Assembly (NCBI GenBank): GCA_009692465.1
Contig: SHZD01000002.1
Coordinates: forward strand, 1,284 to 65,283
DNA from: Myxococcales bacterium
GTDB lineage: Bacteria > Myxococcota_A > UBA9042
Direction: 5' to 3'
DNA length: 64,000 nt
Both the position numbers and the translations under genes were made by a program. The notes beneath the pieces are model-generated. The model was not told the origin of the DNA and searched no databases. It saw only the letters and a list, made by a program, of their open reading frames with translations. Within the stretch, counting starts at the first letter, position 1, and each line of letters opens with the position of its first letter. Of this stretch, positions 30,729 to 38,752 are shown piece by piece.

Positions 30729-30830
30729 TCGCTTTTGGCAAGGTGTGGAAATCGAAAAAGGCGGCTCCAAGCTCCAGCGCTTTCAAGGTCGGATCGGTTG
30801 AGCACCCTAAAGTGTCGCCCAGCCCGCAAT

Positions 30831-30969
30831 TAGAGCCAGTGCAAAATCAAGTCGATTTTGCTCCCCGGCCCATTGCTTGTTTGGTGGGTCGCTAACTCGC
30901 GGCTTTGCAAGCCGCCAGTACGCCTCGTTCCAATCGCGGATCGATCGAGTTATTTTTTCACGAGCCCTT
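30831..30969 (+). mobile_element. Element B, uninterrupted copy (~135 bp)
   Basis: Colinear with the 15127-15399 host after removing element C. Confidence 0.75.
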
Positions 30970-31008
30970 TCGGCTTTCGGCAGTGTAAAGTCATCGACGA
31001 GGGCGGGC

Positions 31009-31374
31009 TCAGCCCTGTTCGGTTGGCAGGCCCGCTTGCAACCAAGCTTTGTAGCCACCCACCAAGGAAAACACATTCGCGTATCCCATCTTCTGCAAAT
31101 TATCTGCCGCGAGCGCGGAGCGAAAGCCACCGCCACAGTACAACACGATCGTGGCCTCCTTGTCCGCGACGCTGGCGACGATGTCCCGCTCCAGCACGCC
31201 GCGGCCCAAATGGCGCGCACCGGTGGCATGTCCGCTCATCCACTCGTTGTCTTCGCGCACGTCGACTAGGATGGCCTGTCCATTGGCCAAAAACGCCCAC
31301 TGGTCGATAGTTGCCTCGCGAATCCGCGACTTGGCGTCGACCACTAGCGCCAAAAACTCATCACTATGCTGCAT
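31009..31374 (-). CDS. Single-domain rhodanese
   Basis: LVDVRE..EW..GH..GA.H, YCGGGFRS. Confidence 0.93.
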   Translation of the reverse strand: MQHSDEFLALVVDAKSRIREATIDQWAFLANGQAILVDVREDNEWMSGHATGARHLGRGVLERDIVASVADKEATIVLYCGGGFRSALAADNLQKMGYANVFSLVGGYKAWLQAGLPTEQG

Positions 31375-31426
31375 CGGCACCTCCACCTCGATAGTAGGTC
31401 AGGCACGGGGCGACGGCAATTCGCCA

Positions 31427-31454
31427 TTGACAACGGCATTGTGCCCTCTACAAT
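31427..31454 (+). promoter_or_regulatory. Sigma-70-type promoter upstream of rplY
   Basis: TTGACA-16 bp-TACAAT. Confidence 0.6.
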
Positions 31455-31701
31455 GCGCCCCCCGCAGCGGTCTGGGTACGGTTGTCCGCACCAAGCCCGA
31501 AGAAAAACCGCAGCGAATACAGTAGTGTTTTCAAGCGCAACGGCATCAACCTTGCCGCGGACAACCGATGCCTATCCGCACTTGTATTCGCTCACTGTGC
31601 GCGTCCACGGTGTTGGCATTCGCCTCACCTAACGCGCTGGACCACAGGCCATGCCCACGCACTTTGATCTGAATTCGGATCCGGTGCTCACAAGGTAAAC
31701 G

Positions 31702-32334
31702 ATGGAAACTGTCTCAATTTCAGCGCGGCCGCGCCTGCTTGCTGGCTCCGATGTGGCGAACAAGGTGCGCCGCGCCGGTTTTTTGCCAGCGATCATGTAC
31801 GGAGCCGGCACGCCGACCCGCATGGTCGCGGTCGATCCGCAAGCGGTCCGCAAGGGCTTGTCGAGCGCCTATGGGCGCAACCAGCTGTTTTCGGTCGATT
31901 TTGAGGGCAAGCAGCACTTGGTGATTTGCAAAGATGTGCAGATCTGCCCGGTCAAGCGCACCCTGAAACACGTCGATTTCTTTGTCGTGACGCCGGCTTC
32001 CGCCATCACGGTGACGCTGTCGGTGACGCTGTCGGGTCGGTCCGCGGGCCAAAAAGCCGGTGGTCGCCTAGAGCAGATTACCCGTTACGTGACCGTCGCT
32101 TGCACGCCAACTACGCTGCCCAAGTCCATCGACATCGACGTGACCCCGTTTGAAAACGGCACCGTCATGACGGTCGACACGCTGCCGTTGCCGCAAGGTG
32201 TCACGGCTGTGTTCAAGAAATCGTACAAGATTTTCGAGCTGTTCACGGCCAAGGCCGAAGAAACGGCCGTGGTTGACGACAAGAAGAAGCCGGCTACCGC
32301 TGCCGCTGCCCCAGCCGCGGCTGCCAAGAAATAG
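31702..32334 (+). CDS. rplY: 50S ribosomal protein L25/Ctc
   Basis: RRAGFLPAIMYG, KDVQ..PV....HVDF, C-terminal Ctc domain. Confidence 0.93.
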   Translation: METVSISARPRLLAGSDVANKVRRAGFLPAIMYGAGTPTRMVAVDPQAVRKGLSSAYGRNQLFSVDFEGKQHLVICKDVQICPVKRTLKHVDFFVVTPASAITVTLSVTLSGRSAGQKAGGRLEQITRYVTVACTPTTLPKSIDIDVTPFENGTVMTVDTLPLPQGVTAVFKKSYKIFELFTAKAEETAVVDDKKKPATAAAAPAAAAKK

Positions 32335-32437
32335 CCAACGCTAAGCGGATCAGACGTGGCTCGCGCCACTGCCAGGCGATGCGCTGGGTGACTGCTTGTC
32401 ACTTGGTCGCACCGAAAAACGGTCAGGCGGCGCTGCG

Positions 32438-33313
32438 ATGTCCAACGGCAAACCAGCGTCAGCCGGCCTTGAGCCACCCGTGCGAGCCATCGTCGGTTTG
32501 GGCAATCCCGGCAAGGCCTACGCAGCCACGCGTCACAACGTCGGCTTTATGGCGATCGAACTCCTGGCTGCGCGCCATGGAGCGAGCTGGAACGCGAAAT
32601 TCAACGGGTTGTTTGGCCGTTGCCAAGTCGTCAGCACTCCAACTGGCGGCGCTACTGGCATTGAGGCCCAGACCTCCAGCCGCGATCGAACGGTGACCAC
32701 CAGTACCGGCGACCACCGTACCGATGTCGTGCTGCTGCAGCCGCAGACATTTATGAATTTGAGCGGCCACCCGACCCAACAGTTGGCGGCCTTTTTCGGC
32801 TACAAGGCCGAAGAATTGCTGATTATTCATGACGATTTGGACCTGCCGTTTGGCAAAGTGCAAATCAAAGTGGGCGGCGGCCACGGTGGCCACAACGGCT
32901 TGCGGTCGTTGGTCGCGCAACTGGGGAGCAATGCGTTTGTGCGGGTGCGGATCGGCATCGGTCGACCCACTACGGCCGATGACAGCCCCAGTCGCGATAC
33001 CGGCAGGGGCGGCGATTCTGGCAGGGGCGGCGATTCTGGCAGGGGCGGCGATTCTGGCAGGGGCGGCGATTCTGGCAGGGGCGGCGATTCTGGCAGGGGC
33101 GGCGATTCTGGCAGGGGCGGCGACGCCGCAGTGACCCAGTGGGTGCTTTCGCCGTTTAGCCTCGACCAACGCATCGCCTTGCCGGATGTCCTCCAGCGCG
33201 CGGTTGCTGCGATCGAGGCGGTGCTTCGCAGCGGCGCCCGCGCCGCGAGTAATAGCCACAACGGCAATGCTAGCCACACCGGCAGCGGTGGCACCAATCG
33301 CGCGAGTTCCTGA
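32438..33313 (+). CDS. pth: Peptidyl-tRNA hydrolase with insertions
   Basis: VGLGNPG..Y..TRHNVGF, PQTFMNLSG, HDDLDL, GGHNGLRS, RIGIGRP. Confidence 0.95.
   Translation: MSNGKPASAGLEPPVRAIVGLGNPGKAYAATRHNVGFMAIELLAARHGASWNAKFNGLFGRCQVVSTPTGGATGIEAQTSSRDRTVTTSTGDHRTDVVLLQPQTFMNLSGHPTQQLAAFFGYKAEELLIIHDDLDLPFGKVQIKVGGGHGGHNGLRSLVAQLGSNAFVRVRIGIGRPTTADDSPSRDTGRGGDSGRGGDSGRGGDSGRGGDSGRGGDSGRGGDSGRGGDAAVTQWVLSPFSLDQRIALPDVLQRAVAAIEAVLRSGARAASNSHNGNASHTGSGGTNRASS
33002..33123 (+). repeat. In-frame tandem repeat in pth, ~7 x 18 bp GGCAGGGGCGGCGATTCT (GRGGDS)
   Basis: Read directly. Confidence 0.97.
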
Positions 33314-33516
33314 GCGGAATTTGCATTCTTCGAACTGCGACGAGCCTGTCTGGGCCCACGCAGTTTGGGCAAACCACAGAAGGTCTGCGGTTTGTTCTCC
33401 TCGCTCACACGACTGGCACCATGCCAGTGGGCTGTGGGCGAAAGCGCCAAGGCAACTGCCCATACACCGGCAGCCTTGCGCCTAACCATGGGGAGTTCTA
33501 GGGAGTTACAAGCGTC

Positions 33517-33978
33517 ATGCTGGTTCGAATGTATGAAACGCTGTTCATCACGCGAGTCGATGTCGATGCGGAAGTGGCGGAGAAAATCCACCAACGTCTG
33601 GTCAAGTCGCTCGAGGCGCTGGGCGGTGCTGAAATCAAGCTCGTCGATTGGGGTAAGCGCAAGCTCGCCTATGAAATCGCACGCCAAAAGAAAGGCAACT
33701 ATTGGTATTTCGGCTATATCGCCGATCCGCAGTTCGTCAAGGAGTGCGAGCGTCAGCTGCGCATCTCCAATGATGTAATTCGCTACCAGACGGTCTGTCT
33801 GTCCAAACTCAAGCAACTGACCGACTTTGATGTCGAGGCAGAGCGCAAACGCGCTGAAAGCCTGACCCCAGAGCGCGAAGAAGACGAAGAAGATCAGTAC
33901 CTGCGGCGCAGCGATGAGCGGCGTCCCCGGCGTGGCGATCACGATGACGACGACGACGTCGGCGAGGAGGGCGTATGA
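33517..33978 (+). CDS. rpsF: 30S ribosomal protein S6
   Basis: [20 protein letters not shown]; acidic tail. Confidence 0.96.
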   Translation: MLVRMYETLFITRVDVDAEVAEKIHQRLVKSLEALGGAEIKLVDWGKRKLAYEIARQKKGNYWYFGYIADPQFVKECERQLRISNDVIRYQTVCLSKLKQLTDFDVEAERKRAESLTPEREEDEEDQYLRRSDERRPRRGDHDDDDDVGEEGV

Positions 33979-33980
33979 GA

Positions 33981-34274
33981 ATGGCTGACCCACAACAACA
34001 GCAGCAGACCGGAGACAAAGGCCAAGGGGCCGCCCCTGCTCGCCAGCCGCGCCGCTTTGGCCGCCGCAAGGTGTGCCCATTTTGCGCCGACAAGACGTTG
34101 TATATCGACTACAAGACGCCAAGCATGCTCAAGCGCTTTATTTCCGAACGGGGCAAGATCGTGCCGCGGCGGATTTCAGGCGTGTGCGCCCAGCATCAGC
34201 GCAACTTGCAGCTCGAAATCAAGCGCGCGCGCATTATGGCTTTCATGCCGTATTCGAGCGCGACGGCTGATTAG
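33981..34274 (+). CDS. rpsR: 30S ribosomal protein S18 (Zn-binding C+ type)
   Basis: [36 protein letters not shown]. Confidence 0.97.
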   Translation: MADPQQQQQTGDKGQGAAPARQPRRFGRRKVCPFCADKTLYIDYKTPSMLKRFISERGKIVPRRISGVCAQHQRNLQLEIKRARIMAFMPYSSATAD

Positions 34275-34591
34275 TCCGGCCGCAACTCGAACACCGCCGC
34301 CAGCGCGCAGGTCCCGGCAGATAGCCGGGAAGCCAGCGTCGCTCGCTGCGGGCGAATCGACAGCCGTAGTCGACCAGTCGCGACGCGACGCCTGATGACT
34401 TGCAAGGGTCCTGCACCGGAATAGCTTATTCTTGTGCAGGACCGACTGCTTACCTCAAGAGGGGCACGCTGACGGCGCCGCGGTGGAACCACTGGTCTTG
34501 GCCAACGCGGTCGACCGATAGTGTGCTCCAAGGTGTTCTGCAGCCCTACCGCAGCGAAGATTTTGCCAATTAGTCCCAATGGGAGGACAAC

Positions 34592-35038
34592 ATGAAAGTG
34601 ATTTTGCGCGAAAATGTGCCCAATGTTGGCCGAATCGGCGACGTTCTCGACGTGGCCGATGGCTTTGGGCGCAACTACCTGTTGCCTCGCAATTTGGCCA
34701 CTCAGGCCGACGAGCGCAACGTGCGCCAGATGGACCACACCAAGCGCATTGCCGCAGCTCGGCTGTCGAAGGCGCGGGCTGAGGCTACCGAAGAAAGCAA
34801 GAAAATCAGCGGCTTGAAGCTGTCGGTTGCGAAGCACACTGGCGACGAAGGTCGCTTGTTTGGTTCGGTAACCGTCCGCGAAGTGGCTGATTTGTTGGCA
34901 GAAAAGGGCTTCAACATTGATCGCCGTGACATCGGAGTGCCGGACAATATCCGCACAACGGGTGAGTACGCGGTGACCGTCAAGTTGCACCACGATGTGG
35001 TGGCCAAACTGACGTTGGAAGTCACCGCGGCCGAGTAG
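34592..35038 (+). CDS. rplI: 50S ribosomal protein L9
   Basis: MKVIL, GFGRNYLLPR, LFGSVT, LHHDV. Confidence 0.98.
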   Translation: MKVILRENVPNVGRIGDVLDVADGFGRNYLLPRNLATQADERNVRQMDHTKRIAAARLSKARAEATEESKKISGLKLSVAKHTGDEGRLFGSVTVREVADLLAEKGFNIDRRDIGVPDNIRTTGEYAVTVKLHHDVVAKLTLEVTAAE

Positions 35039-35055
35039 CCTTGCTGGCCCTTGGT

Positions 35056-35418
35056 TAGGCTCTGCGCAAAATCTTATCGATTTCGCACTTCGGCCCACGG
35101 ATTGCACTTCGGCCCACGGATTGCTTGGTGGGTCGCAGACTTGCGGCCTAGGAGCGTGTCGGAGTATTCCGACTCGCTCCTAGCGCCGTCTGGCTAGACG
35201 GCGGCAACTGTCCCAAACTGCACGGATTCACTCCGGGCAGTTCTTGGACAGTTGAGAATATCTGAGAAGCTAGGAGACTGTCGGATCGTAATAGATTCAT
35301 TGTGTATAACTGGATAGACATTCTATAAACGATTGATTCCCGACAGGCTCCTAGCAAGCCGACTCGGCGCTCCGTTCTTTTTGCGGATTGATCGAGTCAT
35401 TCTTGCACCTGCTCCTAG
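35056..35418 (+). mobile_element. Element B-like host interrupted by element A copy 3
   Basis: The flanks join to GGTGGGTCGCAGACTTGCGGC-CTAG-CAAGCCG...GATTGATCGAGTCATTCTTGCAC, colinear with 30831-30969. Confidence 0.7.
35148..35354 (-). mobile_element. Element A copy 3 (207 bp)
   Basis: Reverse complement of the element A consensus, CTAG on both sides. Confidence 0.9.
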
Positions 35419-35497
35419 GCACACGATCGGTCGCCGGCAGCGGCGAACGGTGGTGCTGCATTTTTGGCCGCAGTTGTCGCGGTCGCCGGGCACAACA

Positions 35498-36979
35498 ATG
35501 ACCGCACACTCAACCAGTTCGCTTGCCGTGGTGGTGCTCGCTGCGGGCCTTGGCAAGCGGATGTTTAGCCAAAAGCCTAAAGTTCTGCACGAGTTGCTCG
35601 GCGAGCCTATGCTTGGCCACGTGTTGACCGCGGCGGCAGCACTGCAGCCCAGCAAGATCGTGGTGGTGTGCGGGCATGGCCGCGCTCAAGTCGAGGCGTT
35701 TGTTCAAACTTGGACCCAGCGCCAGCGCGCCAGTTTGCCCGCCGGTCTGCAGCCTCGCTGTGTCGAGCAACCGTATCAAGGTGGGACGGGTCACGCGGTG
35801 TTGTGCGCTCAGCCCGAGTGGAGCGATTGCGACGAAGTGCTTATCTTGTATGGGGATACTCCGCTCCTGACCACCGAAACGCTGGGCGAGTTGCGCCGAG
35901 CTCGCGGTCAGGGCGTGCTGTCCCTGTTGGTGGGCGAGCTCGCCGATCCGAGCGGCTACGGCCGAGTCATTCGCGATGCCCACGGCCAAGTCAGCCGTAT
36001 TATTGAGCATAAAGACGCGGACGCCACCACTCGCGCGATCGGGCTGATCAACGCCGGTATGATGTGCGTTGCCGCACCCTTTTTGGCGACAGCCTTGCCG
36101 CAGTTGCGGCCGGACAACGCCCAAGGCGAGTTGTACCTGACCGATTTGTTGGCGCTAGCGGCGGCGGCGGGCAGCCCGGGTAATCCGCATTTGGTGGACG
36201 ATCGCAGAGAGATCGCTGGTGTCAACAACCGTGCCGAATTGGCGACAGCCACTGCCCACCTGCGCGAGCGCATCAACCGCAGCTGGCAGGTGCAAGGCGT
36301 CACCTTTGACAACCCCGCCACCACCTCGGTCGGCGCAGCTGTCACCCTGAACGCCGACTGCCACCTCGGCGCACAGGTTGAACTGCGCGGAGCGACCACA
36401 ATCGGTGCCGGGGCGCGCATCGACACCGGTTGTGTGCTGACTGACTGTGAAGTCGCAGAAAACGCTCATATTTTTCCCTATTGCGTCGCTACGGCCGCCA
36501 CAATTGGTCCGCGCGCCCACGTCGGCCCTTTTGCGCACTTGCGGACTGGTACAGTGCTTGAGTCTGAGGTCAAGGTCGGCAATTTCGTCGAAACCAAAAA
36601 GGCCCATCTGGGCCCACGGGCCAAGGCCAGTCACTTGTCCTACCTCGGCGATGCGGAGATCGGTGCTGATTGCAACATTGGCGCCGGCACAATTACCTGC
36701 AATTACGACGGTGTCGACAAGTTTCGCACCATTTTGGGTCGCGGAGTCTTCATCGGCTCGGATAGCCAATTGGTCGCCCCGATTACGCTGGGCGACGACG
36801 CCTATGTGGGCGCGGGCACTACGGTTACCGCCGACGTTCCAGCGGGCGCGTTGGTAGTGACGCGCGCTGCCACCACGGTAAAGCTCGGGTGGGTAGCCAA
36901 AAAGCGCCAGGCTCGAGCAGCGGCAAAGGCCTCAGGTGCCGACGCCACCCGTCCCGCTGGCCCCGCAGAAAGCCACTGA
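35498..36979 (+). CDS. glmU: Bifunctional UDP-GlcNAc pyrophosphorylase / GlcN-1-P acetyltransferase
   Basis: LAAGLGKRM..PKVLH, GTGHAV, GYGR, EL YLTD, GNFVETK, HLSYLGDA, NYDG, hexapeptide repeats. Confidence 0.97.
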   Translation: MTAHSTSSLAVVVLAAGLGKRMFSQKPKVLHELLGEPMLGHVLTAAAALQPSKIVVVCGHGRAQVEAFVQTWTQRQRASLPAGLQPRCVEQPYQGGTGHAVLCAQPEWSDCDEVLILYGDTPLLTTETLGELRRARGQGVLSLLVGELADPSGYGRVIRDAHGQVSRIIEHKDADATTRAIGLINAGMMCVAAPFLATALPQLRPDNAQGELYLTDLLALAAAAGSPGNPHLVDDRREIAGVNNRAELATATAHLRERINRSWQVQGVTFDNPATTSVGAAVTLNADCHLGAQVELRGATTIGAGARIDTGCVLTDCEVAENAHIFPYCVATAATIGPRAHVGPFAHLRTGTVLESEVKVGNFVETKKAHLGPRAKASHLSYLGDAEIGADCNIGAGTITCNYDGVDKFRTILGRGVFIGSDSQLVAPITLGDDAYVGAGTTVTADVPAGALVVTRAATTVKLGWVAKKRQARAAAKASGADATRPAGPAESH

Positions 36980-37013
36980 TTTGGGGCCTGGCTCAGAACT
37001 GTCGGCGCTGTTA

Positions 37014-37148
37014 GGAACTGTCCCAGAATAAGTCATTGTGGGACTGGTTCCGTTTGCTTGCTTTGTTGGTCGCTAAGCTCGCGTCCCCAAAGGCCGACTC
37101 GCCGCTCCTGTGTTGCCCAGATCGATCGAGTTATTTGAGGACAGCTCC
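37014..37148 (+). mobile_element. Element C copy 2
   Basis: GGAACTGTCC...GGACAGCTCC flanked by TTA. Confidence 0.85.
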
Positions 37149-37151
37149 TTA

Positions 37152-37349
37152 GAGGGTGTTTATATTCATTGCGGAAGCGAGCGGAAACAGGCGCCCGCAA
37201 GGCGAGGCGGAGGCACTCTGACGACTGAGGCGCACTTGTGGTGCGTCGCAAGGAGGAAGAGGGCTGACAACAAAGCATGGCGGGGTCGATGAGTCCAGCG
37301 AACTCATCGACGGGTTACGCGCCGCAGGCGTTTGAAGATAAACACCCTC
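37152..37349. mobile_element. Element D (198-bp MITE, perfect 12-bp TIR GAGGGTGTTTAT, TTA flanks)
   Basis: GAGGGTGTTTAT...ATAAACACCCTC; several internal hairpins. Confidence 0.8.
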
Positions 37350-37519
37350 TTAGAGCATCCCCGCCGTGATCTCGCCGCCGTGCCACTCCACCGCGGACTA
37401 GCTTGAACTGAGCGCCTAGCTGCGTGCCACCACGACGATCAGGAATAGAACGACTCACTTGCGTGCTGTGTACCGGCCCGCCTAAGCCGCCCATTGTGGT
37501 CGCATGGTCTAGGAGCATG

Positions 37520-37726
37520 TTAGGAGCATGTCGGAGTGTTCCGACTCGCTCCTAGCGCCGTCTGGCTAGACGGCGGCAACTGTCTGAAACTGCACGGATT
37601 CACTCCGGGCAGTTCTTGGACAGTTGAGAAAATCTGAGAAGCTAGGAGACTGTTGGATCGCAATGGATTCATTGTGTATAACCGCAAAGATATTTAATAA
37701 CCGATTGATTTCCGACAGGCTCCTAG
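37520..37726 (-). mobile_element. Element A copy 4, with an 11-bp terminal duplication (TAGGAGCATGT x2 from 37510)
   Basis: Reverse complement of the element A consensus. Confidence 0.9.
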
Positions 37727-37833
37727 GCATCGCGCCTGCCCGTACTCGACTGTTGGGCTGCCAAAAATGAACCGTGCTCGGGCCCTGCGCGTCGCTATCG
37801 GACCGCAGTACCGCGCGGCGACCGGAGTTGTCC

Positions 37834-38598
37834 ATGCCTGCGCCCGTAGCGAAGGGTTTTCTAGCCCGAAATTGGTGGACGATGCTCGGCATCGCGCTGG
37901 TCGCCAATGTGGTCTTGGTGGCGACCATCTTGGCCGAACCTGATCGGTCGCGCACCCCTAGAATTGCACAAGAAAGTGGTGAGTCGACGGCTGCCGGCGC
38001 ATCGGAGGCAGAGCTGGCTGCGCCAACCACCAGCCATTCGCCCCAAACGGGCACGCCGGAGCCAGATCTGCGGCTGCCTGGTTACCTGCCGCCACTCAAG
38101 GGCATGCCTGCGCCGCAAGCTGTCGCGCAACCAGCGCAGCCTGCGCCTCAAGAGCCCAACGTCAGTCCATCCTTGCCGGCGCCCAGTCCCCAATTGCAGA
38201 CCGGCATGGCGATGGTCGACGAGTTGACCGTGCGCTTGAACGCACACCTGGATCGCATCGACGCGGCGACGGACAAGACCGCCGCGCTCGAGGAACTCAA
38301 TCGGGACTTCAACGAGATCGCGCGCAGTCTAGGCTCCCGGATGCAACAACTGCAGCTCGAAAAATGGCCCAATGAGGACCAGCAGCGGCTGCGCACGTAC
38401 GCCGAGACCAAATTAATGCCGACCATTGAGCGCATGCAGCGCCTGACCAATCTGCTTGGAGTGAGCGACGAGGACACGGTGGAGCACGGTAATCCCCTCG
38501 AGGAGCAGTTGGATGGCACCCCTGCCGATGCCGAAGAATCAGAGCCGGTACAGGCTCCGCTGGTGCCGATCGACCCCGCGCCGGCCGTGGATCGCTAG
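37834..38598 (+). CDS. Membrane-anchored hypothetical protein
   Basis: N-terminal TM, Pro-rich linker, helical domain, acidic tail. Confidence 0.75.
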   Translation: MPAPVAKGFLARNWWTMLGIALVANVVLVATILAEPDRSRTPRIAQESGESTAAGASEAELAAPTTSHSPQTGTPEPDLRLPGYLPPLKGMPAPQAVAQPAQPAPQEPNVSPSLPAPSPQLQTGMAMVDELTVRLNAHLDRIDAATDKTAALEELNRDFNEIARSLGSRMQQLQLEKWPNEDQQRLRTYAETKLMPTIERMQRLTNLLGVSDEDTVEHGNPLEEQLDGTPADAEESEPVQAPLVPIDPAPAVDR

Positions 38599-38752
38599 CT
38601 CGCCCCGCCGGGTTGGCCAATTGGACCCTGAACTGTTAGCGCAGTGCTTGTCTGCCGATTATCGCCAAGCAGCGCACGCATCTGCCGCCAGACCACTCAC
38701 TTGACACCTCCGGCAGCACCGCGCTAAGTCCGGTTGGCGCCGCAGCAATCGG

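Noticed and set aside
31455-31700. tRNA-Gln, often found upstream of prs-rplY
   Set aside because: No cloverleaf or GTTCGA T-loop is visible.
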